Origin: Myxococcales bacterium
GTDB lineage: Bacteria; Myxococcota_A; Polyangia; Polyangiales; DASUME01
Length of the DNA stretch: 64,000 nucleotides
Reading direction: 5' to 3'
NCBI GenBank assembly: GCA_047601445.1
Contig: JASGJH010000001.1
Coordinates: 6,720,001-6,784,000 of the forward strand
The notes beneath the pieces are model-generated. The model worked only from the letters and a program-made list of their open reading frames with translations, did no database searches and was not told where the DNA came from. Below are positions 18,194-27,203 of this stretch, piece by piece. The position numbers and the translations under genes are program-made. Within the stretch, counting starts at the first letter, position 1; each line of letters opens with the position of its first letter.

Positions 18194-20212
18194 ATGGTGC
18201 GCCAGCTCGTCGTATCGCCATCGCGGTTTGCTTCGATCCTTCCTCGCCTTGGACTCCTGTGCGCCTTGCTGCTCGCGGCGACGGGATGTGACGGTGATTC
18301 CAAGATTTCGCCTGGCGCGGCGCCTCCTCCTGCGGATGCCGGTACGTCGGGAACGAAGTTCTATGAGGTCGAGCTCGATGGTCGCATGGCCGTGCTCGAG
18401 CTCGTGCCCAACGAGGGCGTTCTCGCGAAGGACTACCGCGAGTACATGGCGACGTCCGACGGCCTCGAAGAGATGCCGACGCCGGGGAACCGGACTGCGT
18501 GCATGTTCCGTGGAGGTGCGGCCTGGGCCGACGGCGCGGACAGCACGGGGCCACGCTGGAGCGCGCTGAATACCTGCGCTGGTTTCCAGGGATTGATCGC
18601 CCTCGACGGTGAGACCTTCATTCTTGCGCCTGGTGGTGCGGACAACGAGGTCTTGGTCTCTCGCTTGAGTGAAGGGGCCAACGCACCGGTCACCCGCGCC
18701 CGGATCCGCCTGATCGAGCGTGCGCACGGCACCGTGCAAGGGCTGACCGCGGCGCTGGTCACGCCGACCCGATATCTGGAGCTCGTGGTGGTGAGCGATG
18801 CGGCTCGCTTCGAAGCACTCGGTATGGATGCGATGACGGACGCGGTGCAGATCGCGAACTTGACCGATGCCATCTATCGGAACGGGACGATATCGCCTGC
18901 GGTCGCCATCGTCGTCACGGCCAACGTCGTGATTCCCGGTGGTACGGACCCCTGGACCGTCCCGCCCTCGGGGGACGTGGACCCATCGGTGGTGCTGACG
19001 AACTTCTCGGGCTGGGCACGTACCCATCTGCTCAAGGGCGACGAGCATTTCCTGCTCACACAGCGTGAACTGACGGATGCGACGGTCGGGCTCACCTACG
19101 TGAGTGCGGCATGCAAGACCTTCAAGCAAGGCATGGTGCAAGCTACGTTTCCGCAAGCGATCACTGCGACGACGCTCGCGCACGAGCTGGGACACAGCCT
19201 TGGCATGTCGCACGATGGCAGTTCAGCATCCTGCCCCTCGGGTCCCTGGATCATGGCTCCGAACGTGTCGACGCCACCCGCGACGACCTGGTCTGCGTGC
19301 AGCGGGACGGCGCTCGCGAGCTATGTAGCTTCGCTCGGGTCGCCTGGATGCCTCGATAACGTCCCCGTCCCGGACACCACAGCGCCGACCTGTGGTGATG
19401 GCTTCCGTGATCCTGGCGAGCACTGTGACTGCGGCAGCAACGACTGCACCGGCTTCGACCCCTGCTGCAACGGGCTCACCTGCCAGCTCGTCGCGGGCGC
19501 CAGTTGCAGTCAGCTGGATGGTTGCTGCAACAACTGCCAGGTCGCGCCACAAGGCACCACCTGTGAGGCCGCGACGGTGTGCTCGCCGGCAGCGGTCTGT
19601 TCGGGCACCAGCTCGGCCTGTCCGAAACCCGCACCGTTTGCCAACGGCAGCGCCTGCGCCGTCGCTGGATTCACGGATGGCGTTTGCTTCCAGGGCCAGT
19701 GCGAGAGCCTCGGCCAGCAATGTGACGACGTACGTCCTGGCTCCGTTCCTTGCGGGACCGGGTGCGACGCTCTCCCCTGCCGAGATGCGACCTACGGGTG
19801 CGTCGACTGGCTAGTGGAGGCTCAGGACGGCACGCGCTGCGGCAGCGGTCGCCAGTGCGACCAGGGGAGCTGCGTACTCACCTCCACGCTTGCGTTGTGT
19901 GCCCACGACCTGCCCACGAACGCGTGCGGCGGCTGCTCCAGCTTGGCCGTCGCCCCCGGCACCGCCTGCAACACCTGCGGCGTGATGAACTGCGTCTCGC
20001 CGAGCGAAGTGAGGTGCAGTGTCGCCAACGCGAGTGCGTGTCCGAACCCCAACGCCAGCCCCGTGCCAGTGGGCTCTACCAGTCACCTGCTGCTGGTCGC
20101 CTTGGCGTTGCTGGCGATGGGAGGACTGGGCTTGTCCCGCGAGTTCGCCATCACACGCCTGGAAAAACTCCGAGGCGCGCGGGCTCGCGTATACAATCGC
20201 GCCCATGAGTAG
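18194..20212 (+). CDS. ADAM-like metalloprotease (M12B propeptide, reprolysin, disintegrin, Cys-rich, C-terminal TM)
   Basis: YLELVVVSD, HELGHSLGMSHD, Met-turn WIMAP, CGDG...GEHCDCG...DPCC...CQL..GASC, DGTRCG.GRQC. Confidence 0.9.
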   Translation: MVRQLVVSPSRFASILPRLGLLCALLLAATGCDGDSKISPGAAPPPADAGTSGTKFYEVELDGRMAVLELVPNEGVLAKDYREYMATSDGLEEMPTPGNRTACMFRGGAAWADGADSTGPRWSALNTCAGFQGLIALDGETFILAPGGADNEVLVSRLSEGANAPVTRARIRLIERAHGTVQGLTAALVTPTRYLELVVVSDAARFEALGMDAMTDAVQIANLTDAIYRNGTISPAVAIVVTANVVIPGGTDPWTVPPSGDVDPSVVLTNFSGWARTHLLKGDEHFLLTQRELTDATVGLTYVSAACKTFKQGMVQATFPQAITATTLAHELGHSLGMSHDGSSASCPSGPWIMAPNVSTPPATTWSACSGTALASYVASLGSPGCLDNVPVPDTTAPTCGDGFRDPGEHCDCGSNDCTGFDPCCNGLTCQLVAGASCSQLDGCCNNCQVAPQGTTCEAATVCSPAAVCSGTSSACPKPAPFANGSACAVAGFTDGVCFQGQCESLGQQCDDVRPGSVPCGTGCDALPCRDATYGCVDWLVEAQDGTRCGSGRQCDQGSCVLTSTLALCAHDLPTNACGGCSSLAVAPGTACNTCGVMNCVSPSEVRCSVANASACPNPNASPVPVGSTSHLLLVALALLAMGGLGLSREFAITRLEKLRGARARVYNRAHE

Positions 20213-20618
20213 TACCCATGCCGACGAGCCGCTGCACCCGAACGTCGCGGCCTACTGGCGCTTGATCGAGGCCTTCAATCGCAACGACCTGGAGACCGTG
20301 GGCGCGGTGCTCGACCCGGACATCGTTTACACCATCCCGGGCCAAAGTGCGGTCGCTGCCCGCACACGTGGAATCACCGCTCACTTGGAAGCGCTGCGAC
20401 GCACCCGTGAGCGAAGCGGCAATACACTCAAACTGGAACCGAAGACCGTGGTGGCGGGCGGTGACCGAGTGTTCGTGTTCGGACGCATTTCCGCCGAGCG
20501 CAACGGTGTGCACTTCGAGAGCGACCACTATGTGGTCTTTCGATTTGCGAACGGTCGCATCGTGGAAGGCATCACACTACCTGTCGATCAGTACGCCTTC
20601 GACGCGTTTTGGGCCTGA
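20205..20618 (+). CDS. NTF2/SnoaL-like protein
   Basis: EAFNRNDL...LDPDIVYTIPG...FRFANGRIVE..DQYAFDAFW; overlaps the ADAM stop codon. Confidence 0.85.
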   Translation: MSSTHADEPLHPNVAAYWRLIEAFNRNDLETVGAVLDPDIVYTIPGQSAVAARTRGITAHLEALRRTRERSGNTLKLEPKTVVAGGDRVFVFGRISAERNGVHFESDHYVVFRFANGRIVEGITLPVDQYAFDAFWA

Positions 20619-20737
20619 GTAGGATTTCGTTGTGCCGCATGGAGTGGCTTTGTACGATCCCCTTCGAGCTTGATGCCGCGTTTGCGCCTTTCTACGAGTG
20701 AGAGAGCACGAGCAGCGGTCACAGCGGAGCGAAAGCT

Positions 20738-21205
20738 ATGTCGTACACGTCTTGCGTTCTTCCGGGGCTAGTCACCATCCGTTGGGGAGAAACCCCCGAC
20801 CCGATCGATGTCCACGCCTATGCCGGTGAGCTCGCGCGAGCGCGCCAACAGCAAGGCAAGCCACCGATTGCGATGTTCATCATGCCGGTCGACAGCGGCG
20901 CGCCCTCGGAGGAATTCCGCAAGGCCCAGGCTGGCATGTTGCCGTCGATCATGGCGAACATCGACTACGCGGTGGCGGTGTTCGAGGGCACCGGCTTTAC
21001 CTCGAGCCTGAAGCGCAGCGCCCTGGTGGCCATTCTCTTCCTCTCTGGCAAACGTCACGCGGTTCACGTTCGGTCGACCGTCGAGGAAGCGCTGGTCCGC
21101 GATCCGCCAAAACCGCTCTCCTTCGACGGATCGAAGGCCATCGCCGAGCTCAGTCGTCGGGGCATCCTCACGAAGGATGTCAGCCTCGCTTCGCACGGGG
21201 TCTGA
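20738..21205 (+). CDS. Myxobacterial STAS/SEC14-like hypothetical protein
   Basis: APSEEFRK...AVAVFEGTGF..SLKRS pattern. Confidence 0.55.
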   Translation: MSYTSCVLPGLVTIRWGETPDPIDVHAYAGELARARQQQGKPPIAMFIMPVDSGAPSEEFRKAQAGMLPSIMANIDYAVAVFEGTGFTSSLKRSALVAILFLSGKRHAVHVRSTVEEALVRDPPKPLSFDGSKAIAELSRRGILTKDVSLASHGV

Positions 21206-21217
21206 CCCGCCTCGGCC

Positions 21218-23089
21218 CTAGCGCTTGGCGGCATCCACGGACGCGAAGAACTGCGCGAGCGTCTGAACGCGTCGCACCAGGGTCGGCGGAGCCTCGCTCG
21301 GATCGACCACCGCGTCGATGAGCACCGGGCCGTCGCTTTGCAGCGCCTCGGTGAGCGCACGCCGGAACTCGGACACGCTGGTCGCGCGCACGCCCCGGGC
21401 GCCCATCGCGCAGGCCATGGCCGCGCAATCGATGGGCACATTGTACAGCGCCACGCCCAGGTCCTTGCCCTTCATGAGCTTGTCACCGTGGTGCACCATG
21501 CCGTGGCCGCCGTTGTTCAGGACGACCCACACGATGGGCAGGCGTTGCTCCACCGCGGTGTGGACCTCCCACCCGGTCATCGCGAAGGCACCATCGCCGA
21601 CCAGTGCCACCGCTCTGCGCTTGGGCGCCGCCATGGCCGCGCCGACCACGCCTGCGACCGCGCTGCCCATGCAGGAGAGGCCCAGGTCGATGAAATAGGT
21701 GTCGGGCTTGCGAGCCTCGAAGTAGTGGGTGCCCCACAGAATGCTGTTGCCGTTGTCGACGAAGAGCATCGTGTCGTCGCTCATGGCGTCGCGTAGCTCC
21801 TTCATCACGGCCTGCGCGCGCAGTGGGCTCTGTTCGTGGGCGACTGGGGTGGCCACCGTGCGGAGATCGGGCGCTTCGAGGCGGTGCCAGTTCTCTTCCA
21901 CCGGCGCACGCTCGGACAACGCGAGCCCCGCCGTGAGCTCGTGCAGCGTGGCGCGTGCGTCACCCACCACGGCGACGTCGACTGGATAGTTCTTGCCGAT
22001 CGATCCGGCGTCGATGTCGATATGGATGCACACGGTGTCCGGATGCAGCTTCAGCGTCCAGGCGTTGGTGACGAACTCGTTCATGCTCGAGCCCACGATC
22101 ACCAGCGCATCGGCGGCGCCGGAGGCGAGCAGCTCCTCCACCTTGCCTTGGCCCCCAAAGCCCAGCACGCCCAGGGAGAGCGGGTGGTTCTCGGGGAATG
22201 CCCCCTTGCCTTTCGGAGAGGTCGCTACCGGTGCGCCGAGTGTGCACGCAAGCTGCATAAGCTCGTCGAACGCCTTGGAGCAGGAGACACCGTAGCCCGC
22301 CAGAATGCAGGGTCGCGTCGACGTCGACAGCGCGGATACGGCATCCGCCACGGCCTGGGTATCCACGGGCCTCGCGTCCATCGAGCGATACTCCGCGGGC
22401 TTGAGCGGCTCGTACTTGATGGGCCGTGAGATGATGTCGGCCGGCATGCTCAGATGCACGGGCCCGTGCCGTCCCGAGAAGGCAGTGCGGATCGCGAGCC
22501 TCAGAATGTCCGGGCCGCGTCCCGCCTCGGGCAAGCTCGCCGAGAGCTTGGTCACAGGTCGAAACATCTCGACGACATCGATGCCGTGGATGGAGCTCTC
22601 CTGGATCGCTCCCTTGCCATAGACGAAGCGCGCGACCTGTCCCGTGAGCATCAGCACAGGAAGCGACTCCGTGTACGCGCTCGCGATACCCGTGAGGGCG
22701 TTGGTCGCACCTGGTCCGCTCGTAGCGCAGCACACCGCGAGAGTCCGCGTGATGCGCGCGTGGGCCGCGGCCATGAACGCGGCACCTGCTTCATGCTTGG
22801 CGAGCACGAAGCGGATGGTCTTGCGTGCATGCATCGCCTCGAAGAGGCCAGTGAGCGGCCCGCCGGGAACACCGAAGATCGCGGTAACCCCCTCGGCCTC
22901 CAGGATGTCGAGGAATGCATTGGCGACCGTGGTCTCCACCGCGGGCGCGCGCCTGCGCTGCGGAATGACGCCAGTACGGCGGCCGCGTGTGAGCGACTCG
23001 CGATCGTTGGCCGGAGTTTGGGTCGCGAACTTGCTCAGGCCATGGGGGGCCGTGAGCTCGTCGTGTGAGCGCGTCTTGGGTACTGCCAT
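21218..23089 (-). CDS. Thiamine-pyrophosphate enzyme (acetolactate synthase large-subunit-like)
   Basis: IFGVPGG, KHEAGAAFMA, TSGPGATN, GDGAF...NNGG TPP motif. Confidence 0.9.
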   Translation of the reverse strand: MAVPKTRSHDELTAPHGLSKFATQTPANDRESLTRGRRTGVIPQRRRAPAVETTVANAFLDILEAEGVTAIFGVPGGPLTGLFEAMHARKTIRFVLAKHEAGAAFMAAAHARITRTLAVCCATSGPGATNALTGIASAYTESLPVLMLTGQVARFVYGKGAIQESSIHGIDVVEMFRPVTKLSASLPEAGRGPDILRLAIRTAFSGRHGPVHLSMPADIISRPIKYEPLKPAEYRSMDARPVDTQAVADAVSALSTSTRPCILAGYGVSCSKAFDELMQLACTLGAPVATSPKGKGAFPENHPLSLGVLGFGGQGKVEELLASGAADALVIVGSSMNEFVTNAWTLKLHPDTVCIHIDIDAGSIGKNYPVDVAVVGDARATLHELTAGLALSERAPVEENWHRLEAPDLRTVATPVAHEQSPLRAQAVMKELRDAMSDDTMLFVDNGNSILWGTHYFEARKPDTYFIDLGLSCMGSAVAGVVGAAMAAPKRRAVALVGDGAFAMTGWEVHTAVEQRLPIVWVVLNNGGHGMVHHGDKLMKGKDLGVALYNVPIDCAAMACAMGARGVRATSVSEFRRALTEALQSDGPVLIDAVVDPSEAPPTLVRRVQTLAQFFASVDAAKR

Positions 23090-23295
23090 AGGGGGTGCGA
23101 GGTGCAGCCACGCGGCGAACGGCTCGCGACGGTGCGTAAATGATCCTCGCTATGCAGTTGAGCAAACATTGTCCCTGCGTCGCAAGGCGCAAAATTGGTT
23201 GCAACGCCTGCGTACACCGCTTGTTTCCCATGCGCTGCTACGCACGGCGTCGCCCAGCTACATGGCCCCAGACGGGACCGAGCCAATGTGAGCAG

Positions 23296-24438
23296 TCAAT
23301 TCGTGCAGACGGGAACTTCGACGGGCACACACACGCCGCCTTCGCAACGACGGCTCTCGCACTCCGGGGTGGCGCGGCAAGACTCGCCCGCGCTCAACGG
23401 GGGCGTGCAAAGGAACCTTTCATTGCAGAAGAGCCCCGGTTCGCACCGCTGTTGGCCGTTGCAACTTTGACCGTTTCCGACTCGCTCGACTGCTGCGCAC
23501 GTCCGCGTCGCCTCGTCGCAGCGTAGGTCCTTCGTCACGTCGCAGACATGGAACGTGCCGTCGTCGGCGATGCTGAACTCGCCGTCGGTGACGCAAGTTT
23601 CGCCCTCGGTGCGCAGCGTCACCGCCACGCACGTTCTGCCCGCTCCCGCGCCCGCGCCTGCGCCCGCTCCCGTGCACAGCGCTCCGCGGACGCAGCGGTC
23701 GGTGTCGTTGCACGGTTGGCCCGCGGCGACCGGCAGTCGACAGGTGCCGTCCGGATGGCAGTAGGCGTCTTCTTCGCAAACATGGCCCGCGACGGCGCAG
23801 GATTCGCCCACCGTGACCGTTCGAGCTACCACGCAGACGCTCTGGAGGTCCTTGCCGCGGAGGCACGCGACGAACGCCTCGCCTGATTGCTCACAGCCGA
23901 CGCTCTCGACACAGGGCCCCCCGAGCTTGGCTGGAGCGGGCGCCGCACCGCACTGGCCACACGACGCGCGCGAGCCGCCCTCGCAGTTACGGGAGCTGCA
24001 CTCTTGGTGCGACGCACAGGACGCGCCCTGGGCCAACGTCCCGACCAGCGCGAGGCCGCAGATGACGTCGGACTCGCATGAGCTGATGGCTGCCAAACAG
24101 CGCTCGGCCGCCTTCGGCTCGATCTTCGTGTGCCCGCGCGCAACGAGGGTTTGGAGCTCATCGTCCTCGTCGATGTAGTCCGCGCAGCCATCGGCCAGGC
24201 CAATGCCCACGCTGGAAGGGCCGACGGCATGGATCTGATCGGAGCACCTCGCGACGTACTCGCAGACCGCGCTATTGCGAGCCGCGATGAACTCCTTGGG
24301 GGTCATGTCTCCGGACGAACCGCCGTTCGAGCAACTCGCGAGGCCGAGGAGGGTCAGCGGAAGAAGGGAGGGGGCGAGCCTGGACGGGCGGAAGGAGCTT
24401 GAACGGTCGGGGGCCGCGGGGGCCGAGAACATGAGCAT
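23296..24438 (-). CDS. Cys-rich repeat lipoprotein
   Basis: Lipobox LAS-C; repeated GESC/GQPC..C units. Confidence 0.7.
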   Translation of the reverse strand: MLMFSAPAAPDRSSSFRPSRLAPSLLPLTLLGLASCSNGGSSGDMTPKEFIAARNSAVCEYVARCSDQIHAVGPSSVGIGLADGCADYIDEDDELQTLVARGHTKIEPKAAERCLAAISSCESDVICGLALVGTLAQGASCASHQECSSRNCEGGSRASCGQCGAAPAPAKLGGPCVESVGCEQSGEAFVACLRGKDLQSVCVVARTVTVGESCAVAGHVCEEDAYCHPDGTCRLPVAAGQPCNDTDRCVRGALCTGAGAGAGAGAGRTCVAVTLRTEGETCVTDGEFSIADDGTFHVCDVTKDLRCDEATRTCAAVERVGNGQSCNGQQRCEPGLFCNERFLCTPPLSAGESCRATPECESRRCEGGVCVPVEVPVCTN

Positions 24439-24449
24439 GCCGCAGGCAA

Positions 24450-24465
24450 AGCAACCGTTGTGCCG
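24450..24465 (-). promoter_or_regulatory. Putative sigma-54 promoter
   Basis: Minus strand CGGCACAACGGTTGCT, near-consensus GGCAC-N5-TTGC. Confidence 0.7.
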
Positions 24466-24631
24466 AAGGTTGAGGCGCCAAATCGGGGCCCGGCGGCCCT
24501 CGGGTGGCATGTCGTTCACAAATTGGCGTGAGCCGCAGGCACGCTGGGCCATTCAGGCCCGTCCGTGCCCCTCGGTTCACGGGTCCAGTTGTCTGCGGGC
24601 CCGAAGGGCTCCGGGTCGAGCGGGGCCTACC

Positions 24632-25813
24632 TCAGCGTACGCACGTCGGTCCACGGGGCCTGCCGACCCGAGGTCTACGGCGCCAGGCCACGGTCGCCGC
24701 GAGGGCCGCCAGGATGAACACGCCCGGCGTTGGTGGCATCGACCTACGCGTCGCGATGCTGCAGCCATCGTCAGCCGAGCCCTGGCTTGGCTCGAAGTCG
24801 ACGGATCCATGGGCTGCGCCGCCGTCAGCCTTGCCTTCGTCACTATCTTCGGCTCCGGCATCCTCCTCGGCTTCGTTCTGGTCGTCCGTGTCGTCCGCCA
24901 TTCCGCTCGCGCCCGAGTCTGCGGTCTTTCCAGCGTCGCTCGCCGATCCCGCGTCGACATGGCTTCCTGCATCACGATCAGTCCCCGTTGACCCTCCGCT
25001 GGATCCGCGCGGCACGTACTGGTCGATGAAGTCGAGGTATGGGTCCACGCGTTGGTAGTGCGAGGCCATTCGACAGCGGCTCGCGTCGCCGGTCTCGTCG
25101 CTATAGGAGTCCGTTCCGATGATGGTCCAGACGCCGTTGACCTCCGCGAGCACCGGGCCGCCCGAATCCCCGACGCAGGCATGTTGCACGGTGTCGCCTA
25201 CCGTGATCGTGTCGGTGGGATCGAGCTTGGCCGAGAGTTCGTCTGCCCTGTACTTGGTCACCGCAAAGGTCGTGTCCCGGTCGTGCGTCTTTCCGTAGCC
25301 GACGATGCTGACGTTGCCGAGAACCGCGGCGGTTGGCTTGGTGCGGAGGATAGGGAGCGCTGTCACGTTCTTGAGGCTGTCTTGCAGGATCACCAGACCG
25401 ATGTCGTAGTATCCATTGCTGGTCACGTACTCGGGATGCAGGTGGACGGCCTTGGCCATGTGAAGTTGAGCTTTGACGCTCGACTGGCTGGGATCGATCG
25501 GTGTGCCGAGAGCTTTCCCGTCGTCGCCGAGATAGGCCGCGTTGTACTCGTGGTTCGAGTCCAAGCAGTGAGCCGCCGTGAGCAGGACGTTCGGCGCCAC
25601 CACCTCGGCCGTGCAGGAGCCGAGCGTTCCCACCGGATCGGAGGAATCCCATGAGAGCAGCAGGACTACGTTCGGATCACCTCGATCCCGCGTTCCGCCA
25701 GCGAGCTCCAGCGATGTCGCATTCACGTTCTCGTCGGGACCGGAGTCGCAAGCGAGGGGGAGTGCCAAGAGAGGCACGAGCAGGGCAAGCTGGGGTCGGT
25801 TTCTGATGCGCAT
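24632..25813 (-). CDS. Trypsin-like (S1) serine protease with MYXO-CTERM
   Basis: TAAHC, DIGL, GDSGGP triad motifs; lipobox; C-terminal GCSIA...TM...RRR. Confidence 0.9.
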   Translation of the reverse strand: MRIRNRPQLALLVPLLALPLACDSGPDENVNATSLELAGGTRDRGDPNVVLLLSWDSSDPVGTLGSCTAEVVAPNVLLTAAHCLDSNHEYNAAYLGDDGKALGTPIDPSQSSVKAQLHMAKAVHLHPEYVTSNGYYDIGLVILQDSLKNVTALPILRTKPTAAVLGNVSIVGYGKTHDRDTTFAVTKYRADELSAKLDPTDTITVGDTVQHACVGDSGGPVLAEVNGVWTIIGTDSYSDETGDASRCRMASHYQRVDPYLDFIDQYVPRGSSGGSTGTDRDAGSHVDAGSASDAGKTADSGASGMADDTDDQNEAEEDAGAEDSDEGKADGGAAHGSVDFEPSQGSADDGCSIATRRSMPPTPGVFILAALAATVAWRRRPRVGRPRGPTCVR

Positions 25814-25885
25814 TTGTGCCGTCTCCTTTGGGGGCCACTGCCGCGGTTGCTCCGCGGGGCTGCAGATGAACAGAACGAACGCCTC

Positions 25886-27031
25886 CTAGAGAATCGGCGG
25901 CTCGCACGCGACCTTGACGCGGACCGTGCGCTGGCTGCTCGCGGCGAGGTCTTCGCAGGCCTTGCCGAGTACCGTCACGGTGCGACCATCCATGCTCAGG
26001 CTGAAGCCGTTGGGATCGTCGAGCTTCAGGGTGGTCTGGTCGAGGGTGACCGCTACATAGCTGCGTGAATTGGGCGCTTTGTCGAGCCTGACGGCGCATG
26101 ACGTGGCCTTGCCCAAGATGCCCTCGAGGGCCTGCTGGAGCGACTGCTGGTTCTCCACGGCAATGTGCTCGGTGGAACCGGTGTCGCCGGCCGCGGCCAT
26201 CATGTCCATCGCGGGCTTCAGGTCCGCCTGCGTGTTGTAGCCAATCACGTAGGTGTGCGTGCCTTGCGCGGCGAGCTGTTCGATCTGCTTGACGGTGTTC
26301 TCCAGATCGGGCGCATCGGAGGCGGCGACATCGGCGCAGTTGGGGGCGCCGTCCGTGACCAGCAGCACGTAGCGAGGCGTGACCATCGCGTCTGGATCAC
26401 TCGAGGTCGATCCCAGTACCTTGCCTGCTTCTGCGAGGGTTGCGCTGGTGGGAGTTCCGCCAAATGGGCTCATCTTGCTGAGGGCCGCGTCGATGGCGGC
26501 AGCCTGGTGGAGCCCGACGGGCACCTCGAGCGTACCGGCGTCGCAGGAAACGGAGTTGCTTTGAGAGGAGCAACTCACGGAGTTGCCCACGCGGACGCAG
26601 TTCTGGGTCGGGTCCTCGATTCCTGGGAAGACCATCAGACCGAACTTCGCGCGCGCATCCAGGTTCGCCGTGACCTCGGTGACCGCCGCGACGGACGGGT
26701 CCCAGCGGTTGACATCGAGGGTCTTCATGCTGCCGGATCGGTCGAGTACGATCAGCATCTCCGGGATCACGCCCTGGCTTCGCAGGATCTGCTCTTCGCA
26801 GATGCCGCCTACGTTCTGGCCTCCGCCATCGCCCGGCCCAGTTCCGTCGCCGTCGCCGTCACCCGCGCCTTGGTCATCGCCGTCGCCGTCGCCATCCGTG
26901 CGGATCGGATCGTCGTCGGTGGTCGTGTCGCCAGTCGGGGAAGGGGCTGCCGTCCTCGTTGGGTCCGGCTCAGCAGCACAAGACGCTGCCTCCAGGATGC
27001 TCCACCAGTACAGGACTTTCAAAACTCGCAC
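25886..27031 (-). CDS. von Willebrand factor A domain lipoprotein (CglB-like family)
   Basis: MIDAS LDRSGSM, GGTPT, LLVTDGAPNC, TYVIG; GD-rich linker; start uncertain (GTG 27031). Confidence 0.8.
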   Translation of the reverse strand: MRVLKVLYWWSILEAASCAAEPDPTRTAAPSPTGDTTTDDDPIRTDGDGDGDDQGAGDGDGDGTGPGDGGGQNVGGICEEQILRSQGVIPEMLIVLDRSGSMKTLDVNRWDPSVAAVTEVTANLDARAKFGLMVFPGIEDPTQNCVRVGNSVSCSSQSNSVSCDAGTLEVPVGLHQAAAIDAALSKMSPFGGTPTSATLAEAGKVLGSTSSDPDAMVTPRYVLLVTDGAPNCADVAASDAPDLENTVKQIEQLAAQGTHTYVIGYNTQADLKPAMDMMAAAGDTGSTEHIAVENQQSLQQALEGILGKATSCAVRLDKAPNSRSYVAVTLDQTTLKLDDPNGFSLSMDGRTVTVLGKACEDLAASSQRTVRVKVACEPPIL

Positions 27032-27203
27032 CCTCGCAGGCGAGTGACGGCCTGCGATGCCGTGTCGACGGATCCATGGCGTAATGGCCCAGCGGGCGCG
27101 CGTCGGTGACGACATATCCCTCCTCCTTCTTGGCTCTGACTCGTGTCCCGCAGATGCGGAACGAAATATTGGAAGCCCGTGACGGCCGTCGATGGCCCGC
27201 GGT

